This document shows positions 1 to 11,748 of a stretch of DNA of 64,000 nt, piece by piece. The first letter of the stretch is position 1; each line of letters starts with the position of its first letter. The notes under the pieces are model-generated. The model was not told the origin of the DNA. It saw only the letters and a program-made list of their open reading frames with translations, and searched no databases. A program made the translations under genes and the position numbers. The DNA is from Eledone cirrhosa (taxonomy: Eukaryota): NCBI GenBank assembly GCA_964016885.1, contig OZ024744.1, forward strand, positions 6,448,001 through 6,512,000, written 5' to 3'.

Positions 1-563
1 CAGATATTATGATATGGGACAGGGAGAAGAAAACATGCACAGTAGTGGAAATTAGCTGCCCAGCAGATGCCAATATAATATCAAAGATTAGTGAAAAGGA
101 AAATATTTATGCAGAACTAATGAGAAATCTGCAGATAATCCACCCTGATTACAACTTCAGATTTATGCCTGTGATTATTGGGGCACTGGGGTATGTTAGT
201 AACTGCCACAATACAAATCTTGAGAAGCTAGGCTTCACAGGAACAGAAAGAACACAACTAGTTAGAAAATTACAAGTACAATCCATTAATGGAACAGTAA
301 AATTGTGTAAAACATTCCAAAAGTGTTGCATCTAATAACTGCATATACACATGTACAGATACAAAGCATATACATATGCACACATACAACTGAAAACATC
401 CACATCCACACATACAATAAAATCCATATCTACAGATGCAGACATACATACATATCTACCTAGTTGATGTTGTGTAAATTCCAATGAGAGAGTCTTGTGT
501 CTATGTTAGAAACCGACTCTCTCTCCATTGGTAACACTTTGTGAAATTATAAAACCAGATGAA
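1..563 (+). mobile_element. 3' end of an R2/R4(Dong)-like non-LTR retrotransposon: restriction-like endonuclease C-terminus (ORF to 335) plus 3' UTR
   Basis: (P)DIMIWDREKKTCTVVEISCPAD..K...Y..PVIIGALG is an RLE PD-(D/E)xK motif. The 3' UTR has a hairpin ccaatg-agagagtc...gactctctc-tccattgg (481-530) and ends in a (CATA)n-like tract. Confidence 0.8.
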
Positions 564-599
564 TGTACATACATACTTACATACATGCACTTAGGAAAA

Positions 600-1112
600 T
601 AATATTAAAAACAAATGAGGAGGAATATATTGAGATAGATGGCACTAAGGAATACTGGTGGAAATTGAAAATAAAAACTGCCACCAAATTAAAGCACGAC
701 AACCATCGTTGTTTGGGACCACACATTGAAAAGGTGGTCTGTTGTAGAGATCAGCTGCCCATTTGATGTCAACCTTGTAAGAAAAATACAGTTGAAGAAG
801 GACATCTACAGACCATTGATGAGGAGTGTGCAGACCCAGTATCCAAGATACACCTTTAGCTTCATACCCATCATTATTAGAGCTACGGGTTATATACCAA
901 CCCGCTTGGACCAAAGTATAACTGAACATGGATTTATGGACAAAGAGCGCAGCTCCCTAATTCAAATAACTACAAGTGGCTGCGATAGCTGGTACCTTCA
1001 AAATAGGCAAAACATTCTTGCGTTTCAAGGGACGACAATTTCTTTTCTTTTACAACATTGCCACCAGGAAGGTGGCCAGTTACAAGTATACTCGAAATTA
1101 AGAGAAAGAGAA
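600..1112 (+). mobile_element. Second, frameshifted RLE non-LTR retrotransposon 3' fragment
   Basis: EYWWKLKIKTATKLKHD..., WSVVEISCPFDVNLVRKIQLKKDIY...FIPIII, homologous to 9-335; followed by (CATA)n. Confidence 0.7.
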
Positions 1113-1142
1113 ACATACATACATAAATACATACATATATAC

Positions 1143-2050
1143 ATATCACCAGGATATTAATGGAAAAGCAACGATCATCAGAGAAGCATTTTCCTGTCCT
1201 AGGGTTAAAAACCCCAGGAACGACAAAATATATGACCTCACTCCAACTAATACAGGTCTAAAAGGTTGTGAAAGTGACCCGTAAATACATTGGTGTATAG
1301 TGAAGGCGGGAAATCGTAGACTCGCCGTCTATAGCTCGCCACTAAAAAAAGATTTTTAGTAACTAAATATAACGACAAATGTGTATCTCTACATATGGAG
1401 ATTATTGAGAAAGGTTAATATATATCTAAGGGTACAATGTACCCCCGGAAATATATAGTGTGTCTATGATTTAAGGTGGTTCTATGGTAATAATTTGATA
1501 TACCAGAACATAATATCAGGATAAGCAGAACAAGTAAAATTCAACCAATTTTTCAAAATAAATCAAAATTAATATACAATTAAAATTAATCAAAATTAAA
1601 AAATATAATATAAATATTTACCTATTCAAATGGCCCTAACTGTACAGTTTCACGGTGCAAAACATTAAATATCACCAGGATATTAATGGAAAAGCAATGG
1701 CGAGCTATAGACGGCGAGTCTACGATATCCCGCCTTCACTATACACCAATGTATTTACGGGTCACTTTCACGACCTTTTAGACCTGTATTAGTTGGAGTG
1801 AGCTCATATATTTTGTCGTTCCTGGGGTTTTTAACCCTAGGACAGGAAAATACTTCTCTGATGATCGTTGCTTTTCCATTAATATCCTGGTGATATTTAA
1901 TGTTTTGCACCGTGAAACTGTACAGTTAGGGCCATTTGAATAGGTAAATATTTATATTATATTTTTTAATTTTGATTAATTTAATTGTATATTAATTTTG
2001 ATTTATTTTGAAAAATTGGTTGAATTTTACTTGTTCTGCTTATCCTGATA
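1143..2050. mobile_element. Non-coding HHR element A (526-nt unit): minus-strand copy longer than one unit (1143-1697) plus inverted plus-strand arm (1698-2050)
   Basis: atatcaccaggatattaatggaaaagcaa recurs at 1143 and 1669. 1698-2050 is the reverse complement of 1143-1340 joined to 1514-1697. Confidence 0.75.
1848..1937 (+). ncRNA. Type-I hammerhead ribozyme (canonical core)
   Basis: CTGATGA (1858-1864), long stem II cattaa-tatc/gata-tttaatg, GAAAC-TGTACA-GTT (palindromic stem III), weak stem I ttct/aggg. Confidence 0.7.
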
Positions 2051-2087
2051 CATATATACATATATACATTTATTTGTATTTGTGTTT

Positions 2088-2250
<163 letters not shown>

Positions 2251-2284
2251 GTCTCCTCTTTTCTCCCCACTTTCTTTGCTCAAT

Positions 2285-2467
2285 GTCGGTGACCAAAGAC
2301 AGTCGCATTAATATTTCTATGATGCTGTTTGACCATAATTCTCATTGGGGATAAAATAAAGTCGCTGGGACCCGAATCCCTGTCCGATCATTACTCTTAA
2401 GCTGGTTACAGAGCCACAGCTTATCCCCCGCCATAACAAGTATGAAGCCGTTGACTATTTTAAAGGT
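2285..2467 (+). repeat. About 183-bp direct repeat, second copy at 9233-9416
   Basis: gtcggtgaccaaagacagtcgca...gaagccgttgac...aaaggt at both positions, roughly 90% identical by eye. Confidence 0.9.
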
Positions 2468-5400
2468 TGTCATCAAGGTAAATAAGGAGTCCATCTACCC
2501 CAGTTCCAGAACAAACTTTCTAGATAGACTGCCAACCAAACCTAACAGAACCTTTCTTATACACTATTAGATGGACGTTCAGTCCCTTCAGTTCTTCCGT
2601 CTTTGATGGATTTTGTTTTCTATCGTGCAGCCTGTCCATAAATCCCTTTTCTCACTAAGCATGCTTTGTTGGGTTGTCAGTTTAGTCTGCAACGATCCGA
2701 TCATGTGAAATGTATTGGGTTACATTTTATTAGTAGCACTTGAGTGCGTCTTGACACAAATATGTTTATTTGTATATATATCCCATTAATTCCAATTACT
2801 TTCGTCTTCTTGCCAACGTTAATGTTTTGTCTCTCATCCCTTACTCCACTGGATAGCGTTATGGCTTATGTCAGACGCTGTGACCCCAGGTGTACCAGCA
2901 GTGCTGTTGGCAGGGGTAGAAACTTCCAAAGTCCATCTCAACGGCTAAAGACCCTGGAGTTCTGTCTTTCATTTGTATTTTGATTTTTTAAAAATACTTT
3001 TTTATGGTTTCCCCTTTAAAAATTGTTTTTCATTTTACCTTGTTTTCCTTCCGTCTTATCTTCTCTTTGTTAATTTTTAAATGTATACTAGCAAATGGCC
3101 CCCGTCCATTGGACGGTGTTAATTCTTGGTAGGACTGCAGTCTTAATGGTGAAATTCCGTTTTGTCGATGTTTAACATGGAGGATAATTTTACGTGATCA
3201 ACTCTTTCAATAAAAAATGAGACGGTATTCAGAAAGAGCATGTTTTATTTACAGATATCTGTCATTAAAATGTGAAAATAGAGAAATATCGGAAATAGAA
3301 AATATCGTTTGGAATGTCGTTTAATTGACTGAATGGTGAAGAATCGGTACAAAAAGCTTAGACGACAGTTCGGTTGACATGAAGGCAATCTGTAAGAAAC
3401 TACATGTTTAATTGAATTATGAAATAACCTGGGGCATATGGAATGCTGTCCATTGAAATGAAAAATGGTTGATTTCATCAATGGGCATTTGTTGAAAGAG
3501 TAACGTTACCTATTGTGAAAAGTAAGTAATCGCAATAAGGACCAACCTGAAGGGGCTTTCAAGTTCACGGAAAAACTATTGGAGGGCTGCCTTGTAAACC
3601 ACATTTTTTGTAAATCTTCCGGGAGCGTGGTAAAAGAGATTGGCCGAGTTTCCAACTCTTGAACATCCCACATACAGTTGGCCGTGTGAAAAGCATGGCG
3701 TACTGATGTCCAGCCCAACCACTTTTAGTGACTGCCCCTGGGCTTTGTTAATTGTTATTGCAAAACTTAATCGAATGGGGAATTGGATTCTTTTCATCGG
3801 AAAGACACAGTCAGTTGGAATAAGTGGAACTCGGGAAATAAAAACAGAGTCGCCAGCGTCTTTTCCCGTAATGATTGTAGCGTCGAGAACGTCATCCAAC
3901 ATTTGCGTTATAACCAAGCGTGTGCCATTGCAAAGCCGAGGAGGTTCCAAGTTTCTCAAGAGTATGATGGGACTTCCAAATCTTAGGCAGAGTTTATGCG
4001 GTGGCATTCCCGATGGCTCTTGTGAGTTTAAAAACTCTGTTGGATAAAACGTTACTTGCGTCGGATCCGTAATCGAATCCATCGAAGCATAACATCGCTC
4101 TTGGGAAGGAAGTTGACGAAGCAGACATGTGTTAAGAGCTTGTACGGTGGAATTTGTAGGAGCTAAGATGGCCCTTTCACACATCCATTGATGACTGACG
4201 TAATTTGTTGAGAGGTCGGGGTAAACTCTTGTGCAAATATCCTCAGGGCTGGAGACGTAGTTACCGATGGTACTTATGTCAACCAAACCGTTTACGTCGA
4301 TTGGTAAGTTCCCATTACAAACATCCAATAACTTTGAAGTATAGTAATTGTCACCGTCTTGTTAGTGGAGAATCGATCGCATGTTGATGGTTAACTTTCC
4401 CAACTGGACGAAGCGCCAAAGTTGAGAATGTTTAATGCAAGCATCTATTTCATCAACTGTTTGGCCTTTTGGGATGATGGGAAGAGTTTGACGAAAGTCC
4501 CCAGCAAGAAGCAGAACGGCGCCACCGAACGGTTTAGAATTGGAGCGCAGGTCATGTAGCGTTGTATTGATTACATCAAGTGCTCTTGTTGGACATTGTT
4601 TCCTCGTCCCAGACAATCAATTTGCATTTTTGAAAGACAGCAGCCTCATCAGAATTCTTCTTTATATTGGTGGTCGAATTTTCAACATGACTGATGTTAA
4701 GGGGAAGCTTAAATGTTGAATGGACTGTTCTGCCGCCGTCTAGCACTGTTGCTGCTATTCCTGAAGACGCTATTGCAATGGCAATCTGTCCATGTTGGCG
4801 AACTTTGGCAAGAAGGAGGTTGAGGAGAATTGTCTTTCCTGTACCATCTGGCGCATCAAGGAAGTGGCTACCACCGTTGGTGTCTTCAAGCATGGTCAAA
4901 ACAAAAGTATAGACATCAGCTTGTTCAAGATTCAAAAGTTCTTCTCTTTCTTGAACATAGGACAGAAGCTTGGCAGCACCGTAGCATGTCTCCCTTAGTA
5001 GGGGGCGGTTACAAACAGCCTCATTTTCTCTTTTAGGGGATTCCATATAGTAGTTCTTCAAGGGACGGCCACCCATTTACAAAAGTATATCTTCTAGAAA
5101 TATGAGACCGCAATTGTACATTTCATGTGTAAACTGTAAATTCATGTCTGTGGACGCAAAGCGAGATTGCATTAGGATGTCCAAGCACAGGCTGTCACGA
5201 TATTTATCCCAGAAAGACTGTGGATTCCCAAGACTGCAGTATACCAGCATAACGGCGAAAATCTTACGAAGAGCAATTGGTGACTGCAACATTGATGCTT
5301 CATGGAGGGCGTGGTCATAGTGGTCATCATTGTCGAGAAGACCTAATTTGGAGCAGGCCTCTTTAAATGTTGAACAAATATGGCCATTGACGGTACGAAG

Positions 5401-6773
5401 GTCTTCAAAGGAAGTTGGACTTTTGACAACGTGCATTAGAAGACGAAGGTGAAAACATTCTGAATTGAGCGGGTGAACTGTGTACACTCTGGAGAGGGCA
5501 TCAGACTCACGCATCGAAGCATCTCTTTGTGAAATGCGTCCTCGCTTTCTTCTTTGCCAACAGCGGGAAGATTTATTCCACGTGTATAATGTAGACAACT
5601 CCGCATAAAGAAGTGTTCTGTTAAGAGAGTCAGAAGTACAAAGTTCAAAGAATCCGGTAAGGGTCGTTCTTCGGGGTTGTCTTGCACAGTCAAGCATATT
5701 TTCTTGGTTAAAATACACCCGTTGACCATTCTCCAAATGAACGCTGAGGTTCACGTTCATGGATCGGAAAACGGAATATGCGCCAAAATGCTTCGTTAGA
5801 AGAGATGTAGCGTCCAGTTTGGAAAAATGTGACTTCATCTGTGGCGGCATCAGGGTTATCGGTCTTAGCCAACTCAATAACTGCTCGATCGGCTCCCTTA
5901 TGAATATACTTGCAGATGTATTGGATTGATTTTACGGAGTTGCAGAATTCAACATTAATGTGGGCTGGAAACATTTTACAAAGCACCTTGTTATGTGGTA
6001 CAACGCATCGGTTGTCGATATTGAAATCTTGACCACCAACCATTGTTATAGTTGCCGTATGTCCACCCTCCTGTGGTGCCCAGCGACGGTATAAAGGGTA
6101 GCCATCATCACCAGTTTTGGTTTCATGAATAAGTTTACGTGGGTAACGCTTTGTACATTTCCCATTATCTATACATGCAGATTTTGGATTTAGGTGGCCA
6201 CACTGTCCATGGATCATGTTGGTTTTTATAATTTGAAAAAGGACAGGGTCTTCTTGGGGATTTGGCAATTTAGTACTTATAACGGAATCAACATCAGTTG
6301 ACATGAGCTTTTTTTGAAGACAAAGGAGAATATGGGCATGTGGGAGTCCTCCTTTCTGCCATTCTACGGTGTACATGAAACACCTTACTGGTCCAAAATA
6401 TTGTCCGTATTTTATAACATCCATCATTTTCATAAGTTTCAGGTGAAACACTATAGATGTGATATCATGCCTGTGTGAAGGATTTTGGCCATGAAGTAAG
6501 TGAGACTGGATGTCAAACCATTTTGGATTACATGTGAAGGTGATGAAAAGATCAGGACGGGCCATAATGGCGGACGTAGGTGAGAGCAACATGCATTTTT
6601 TCATGCATGTAACGGGGGCCTCCAGTGTATGACGATGGCAGAATGACAGAAAGCCCAACATCCGAAGCAATAACCTAATCATTTCGATTGATTTCGTCAC
6701 GTAGATTGTCGTATTCTTCTGAACGCAGTTCCTTTTGATCGTGTCTTATCCATTGGAGGCGTTCAGTGTCGAT

Positions 6774-6854
6774 CTGGAAAAGGAAGAAATTGTTGTGGTA
6801 AATATTGAGTGAACTGGCTAAGGAAATTTCTGAACGAAATCATGAAATAGTTAC
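6774..6854 (-). other. 81-nt GT-AG intron in the Helitron 1 Rep region
   Basis: aag|GTAACT...ttcttccttttcCAG|atc. Removal joins VDIFAK to IDTERLQWIRHDQKELRSEEY, a conserved Helitron motif. Confidence 0.8.
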
Positions 6855-7879
6855 CTTAGCAAATATGTCTACACAGTATTGATTGAGGAGCATCCGTGTT
6901 CCATGCAGAATGTTGGTATTGTTCTTGCGAACCATAAGCCGAAATGCATAAAATTCCATTTGTGAAATGGTTTTACGTGGTTGAAGATACATTAAAGTTA
7001 CCGGATTACACTTTGGCAAGTCAATGCGGTAGCCATCGTCGCCAAAGGGGAACAGTAATGGATATTGGAGGGCATTATATGCAGGATGAAGTTCATTTAT
7101 TTTTTGAAGACGCGAGTCCTGCCATTCAAGAACAATACCATGGTTTGAAGCACTCTCATTAGGACTTGTTATAAGCACCGCAACTTCATCGGTTTGGGGT
7201 CTGTTAAAGGAACCCCGATGCTGCCCTGGTGGAGCGTTGTCACCTCGAATGACAACCTTGACTTGATTGGTGTTAGCATCTCTACGCTGAAAAGCAGTTT
7301 TGAAAATGGCGACGTAGGGGTTTATGGTATGAAGCATATATTGAAGGGGCTGCAGAAGAAAATGTATTGTTCCTTTAGCAACTGAAGCTCTTCGTGCAGT
7401 TTCTTCAGGTCCGTTCCCCATAAAGTAAATCTGGAGAAAACTGTGTTCATCGCCATCTTGTGGAATAATGGAGCCAATTTGATGGTAAATTTGACCTTGC
7501 ACTTTGAATGTGGGCATATAATTTCCATGTTCTATTGGTGTATGACCAAAGCTTGTCATTTGGAAAGCCGAATTGTAGGCTCTTATATTTCTAAGAAAGT
7601 GTTTAGAATCAGGGTGGTCTCCAAGCAGCAGAAAATTCAAAGGTTCGGCACCGACTTGTAAATGAGGCAATCTAACCGTTCCATTGGAGAAGCATATACC
7701 GGTAGATTCTGCTGGCCACCCCATTTCGTTACAGCGGACGCAAACAGTTGACATGCTACCAATGATGACATGTAGTCCTCTTGGAGGCTGTAATGAAAAG
7801 CCTTTTTAGACCAGTAACAGGAAGAAACCATCGGAAAGACATGAGAACGCATTTTCCGTTGAGAATCAGCCGCAATCCT

Positions 7880-8190
7880 TGTTGCCCTTTGGTCAACAGT
7901 CTCTAAAGCACGGCTATTTGAAGTAGAAGCAGCATTGCGAGCACGCCGGAGTTCTGCTTGTTCAGCTTTCTGTAATGCTCTGATGTTCAAAGTAGAGGCA
8001 GCATTGTGAGCACGCCGGAGTTCTGCTTGTTCAGCAGTCAGTAATGCTCTGGCCTTCGAAGTAGAAGTAGCATTGCGAGCAAGCCGGAATTCTGCTTGTT
8101 CAGTTGTCTGTAATTCTCTGGTAATCAAAGTAGAAGCAGCATTGCGAGCACGCCGTAGCATACATTGTTCTTCTGTCTCGCTTGCGCGCA
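7880..8190 (-). repeat. 60-bp (20-aa) coding tandem repeats in the Helitron 1 N-terminus
   Basis: EQAELRRARNAASTxxxRAL-type units about five times. Confidence 0.85.
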
Positions 8191-8396
8191 AAGAACGCAA
8201 AGCAAAAGCTTATCTTGTTTTTCTTCCAATGTGACTCTTGCTTTCTCGAGGCATTTTATGGAAAATCTGTAATTGAATAAATCTGAAACAAATTAAATCA
8301 AAGAAATTTACCTGGTTGCTGTTTATAGGACTTCTAATGAAGATTTTGAATGCAAAGTCCCATAAGGATTAGAAAAATGGCGATATATATATATAA

Positions 8397-8505
8397 ATAT
8401 ACCTGTAAACATATGTATGTATTTATCTATGCATGTATGTATATATAATATATATATATACCTGTAAACATATGTATGTATTTATCTATGCATGTATGTA
8501 TATAT

Positions 8506-8540
<35 letters not shown>

Positions 8541-8648
8541 GTAAACATATGTATATATTTATCTATGCATGTATGTATATATAAAAAAATATATATATAT
8601 ACCTGTAAACATATATATGTATTTATCTATGCATGTATGTATATATAA
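8397..8648. repeat. About 60-75-bp minisatellite x4 inside the Helitron 1 5' region
   Basis: atatacctgtaaacatatgtatgtatttatctatgcatgtatg repeated. Confidence 0.9.
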
Positions 8649-8809
8649 AATATTGTCATGTTTACAAAAATATTTTTCTAATATCGTGTTTAATATTTTA
8701 TATTGTCGTCTGCTTCTCTTCTCACGTGGTTACTTACTCTCTCACTCTCTCACTCTCTCTTTCTTTCCCCTCTCACACAGCCTCTTCTTTTTCTCTCTTT
8801 CTGCCAGTC

Positions 8810-8896
<87 letters not shown>

Positions 8897-9854
8897 CTTT
8901 TTTGTTTGTCTCTTTCTTTCTGTCGCTGTTTCCCTCCTATATTCTCTCTCTTTCTTTTCTGTCCCTCTCTCTCTCTTCTACTCTGCACTTTCTACTTCCT
9001 TCTCTTTCTCAACCTCGTTCCCGCTTACGGCAGTTCTAATGGAGATTTTTTAACGCAAAGTCACACAAGGATTAGGAAAATGGCGATTATCACTTTGAAA
9101 GTAACAATTATGCAATTCCTAGCTGTTATTGACACGTCTCGCATCATCCTTTGGAGCGAGATCGGGTGAATAATACGCAAGTTATAATACTTTACACACA
9201 CAGACAGAACGGTACTTATATAGTAGATGACGGTCGGTGACCAAAGACAGTCGCATCAATATTTTTATGATGCTGTTTGTCCATAATTTTCATTGGGGAT
9301 AAAATAAAGTCGCTGGGATCCGAATCCCTGTCCGACCATTACTCCTAAGCTGGTTACAGAGCGGCAGCTTATCCCCCGCCATAACAAGGATGAAGCCGTT
9401 GACCATTTGAAAGGTAAACACGTGGGGTAGTCACTCCACCATTACTACTGCATTGGAACCCGCTGGCCGGCTGAGAACAAAATACCTGTTGATGAAATGG
9501 CAGCCTTGTTCGATCCTTATACTAAAAGCTTACAACGAAAGCAGGCAGTATAATTGATGTAGTGTCACAGAAACCTCCCACTGGATTCTACCAATAATTT
9601 CCAGGAAATCGAGGTAAATTCTTTTGTTAACCTGTTTAGCTTGCTTCGTTTTTTTGGCTCCGGTGGCTGATAGATTCACGACCACCGCTTTCAATTTGTC
9701 TGGCCTCTATAACGTATGCTAATTGCTCTGGTCTTCTTTTAGTCCATTGAGCGTTTGCCGCTTATCTTGAAGATTGCGTTTCGCTTTGTTTTTGGCCGCT
9801 GCAAAAATACGATTTCGCTGAAATTATATTTGTATATATATATATATATAACAT

Positions 9855-10435
9855 TAAATTAAGGGTTGTGATGTCTGAGAGACATGCGCCATATCCACTG
9901 CAGAATAAGCTCAAAGATTCCAATGAATAGATCCGAGCATCTCATATCAACTAGAAATAGATTGACATATATATATATAAAATAAACATGTGGATATGGC
10001 GCATGTCTCTCAGACATGACAACCCTTAATTTATTTTTGGATATATATACGGCCCCTTAATTGTAGAGCTAACTCAGTTGAATGAACTCGGCTGCTATTT
10101 CTAGCTGTCGATAATCCTATTCACGTTTATAATACAACACGTAGTTCGAGTCATTCACAGATTTGCATTTGCTTTGTAAACGCAGATAGTTGTATCTTCT
10201 CCTTTGGTGGTCATCCAGGATGATTTACTTATTAATTGGTGAAATATATTTTTTATTTAAAGAAATATATACAAAGGAGATTAATCATTTTAAAAGGTAT
10301 CTACATTTTAAGTTCTAGTTAAACTTTAATTGGTTACCTACTTAGCTATGTGTGCTTACATACTTTACAAATTATTGTGATTGTTCCATATGTTTATTTT
10401 ATATATATATATGTCAATCTATTTCTAGTTGATAT
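9855..10435. mobile_element. Non-coding HHR element B (about 491-nt unit): plus-strand body 9990-10435 with inverted arm 9855-9989
   Basis: The reverse complement of the arm reads from the body's 3' end (atgtttatttt...ctagttgatat) through 45 extra nt into the body's 5' start (gtggatatggcgcatgtc). Confidence 0.75.
10198..10280 (+). ncRNA. Hammerhead-like fold with swapped G3-C8 core (GTGGTCA)
   Basis: 9-bp stem I tctcctttg/caaaggaga, stem II base cca/tgg, GAAA-tatattt...aaatata-TA. Confidence 0.55.
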
Positions 10436-10610
10436 ATATATCTATATTTGTTTTGCAAGGTTTTTGATATGTAATCGTGTGTCGAAACAAATATTGTTAT
10501 ATTTGGGGAGGGTCATATTGTTGTAATATTGCCAGAACACACTCATTGTTTGGTTGGTTCTCGCTTCTGTATAAACATAAATTGCACAAAACTTTCCTGT
10601 ATTACAGCCC

Positions 10611-10881
10611 CACGTTATACCCTAACGGATAGTACGATTTATACGTGGATATTTTACGTCTTGATGTGGGAGCTAAGTATGTTTTGTTTATACCTTTACT
10701 TATTTGCATAGCGAACGTTTCCACGAACCAAAGTATCGTCTTCCTGTCTTCCTCCGGTTGCAACGTTTTTTGAAATATCCACTTCTGCGTTTACAGATTG
10801 ACTTTGTTAGTTTCAGAAGATCCCGTTAAGGGTGAAAGCAGCGATTCTTTGCTTAAACTTTAATCTGTTATTTTAATAAAT
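10611..10881 (+). mobile_element. Internally deleted 3' fragment of the Naiad family at 60430-62136
   Basis: 10611-10710 matches 60948-61050; 10720-10881 matches 61977-62136. Confidence 0.75.
10809..10859 (+). ncRNA. Type-I hammerhead, U4A variant core (CAGAAGA)
   Basis: agttt-CAGAAGA-t-ccc/ggg-t-GAAA-gcag/ttgc-TT-aaact. Confidence 0.6.
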
Positions 10882-10887
10882 ATATAT

Positions 10888-11650
10888 ATATAAGTATGTA
10901 CACGTACATACATATATGTATACCGACGTACAGTAGTATGTATATATATATATATACATACATGCACACATATATATATGCACGTATGGATTCACCGAAC
11001 ATTTATTATAATGCTCGGTGTGTTTGTAAACAAACATCCCGTATTAAGCCGTAGTGTCTAGCAACCACCATACGTGCATATATATATGTGTGCATGTATG
11101 TATATATATATATACATACTACTGTACGTCGGTATACATATATGTATGTACGTGTACATACTTATATTTAAGTAACAGCCGTACTAAGAGTGAGAAATGA
11201 AATATCGTTTCATTTTTTCCGTTTATCGTTTTCGGTGCACCCGGCCAATTAACCCACTCGATATGCAAATTGGGCTACTCAGCCGTTAATATGCATAAGG
11301 TAAGTATATACGTTCAACAATCTGGCAGGAAGGTATACGTTGCTGACGATAGCTAACAAGCTTGAAACTAGTACAGCGTTCCTTTGTCAGTGTTGAACAA
11401 ACGAGCAACGGTGGTTGCTAGACACTACGGCTTAATACGGGATGTTTGTTTACAAACACACCGAGCATTATAATAAATGTTCGGTGAATCCATACGTGCA
11501 TATATATATATGTGTGCATGTATGTATATATATATATACATACTACTGTACGTCGGTATACATATATGTATGTACGTGTACATACTTATATTTAAGTAAC
11601 AGCCGTACTAAGAGTGGGAAATGAAATATCGTTTCATTTTTTCCGTTTAT
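10888..11650 (+). mobile_element. Non-coding HHR element C (422-nt unit), 1.4 units (11068-11650) plus inverted arm 10888-11069
   Basis: catacgtgcatata recurs at 11069 and 11491. The arm is the reverse complement of about 11410-11590. Confidence 0.85.
11322..11390 (+). ncRNA. Minimal type-I hammerhead ribozyme
   Basis: cgttg-CTGACGA-t-agct-aaca-agct-t-GAAAC-TA-GTA-cagcg, with extended stem I ctggcagg/cctttgtcag. Confidence 0.85.
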
Positions 11651-11748
11651 ATATATATACATATACATATAAACTTAAGAAAATTAACAAAGAGAAAATA
11701 AGACGGAAGGAAAACAATGCGAAATAAAAAACATATATATATATAAAC

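Larger units (their letters stand above)
3576..8254 (-). pseudogene. Helitron Rep/PIF1 helicase, frameshifted and with stops
   Basis: PDLFITFTCNPKW, VEWQKGGLPHAHIL and KYIHKG (HUH Rep). DAPDGTGKT, GDFRQTLP, FAITINKAQGQSL and [11 protein letters not shown] (PIF1). Start MPRESK at 8254. Confidence 0.95.
3088..9227 (-). mobile_element. Helitron 1, full length with both termini
   Basis: Minus-strand 5' TCTACTATAT at 9227. 3' hairpin ccgtcca-a-tggacgg (3102-3116) followed by CTAG (3088-3091). A|T target, no TSD. Confidence 0.92.

Noticed and set aside
3576-4328. Host PIF1 helicase gene
   Set aside because: It is contiguous with Rep motifs inside Helitron termini and is disrupted.
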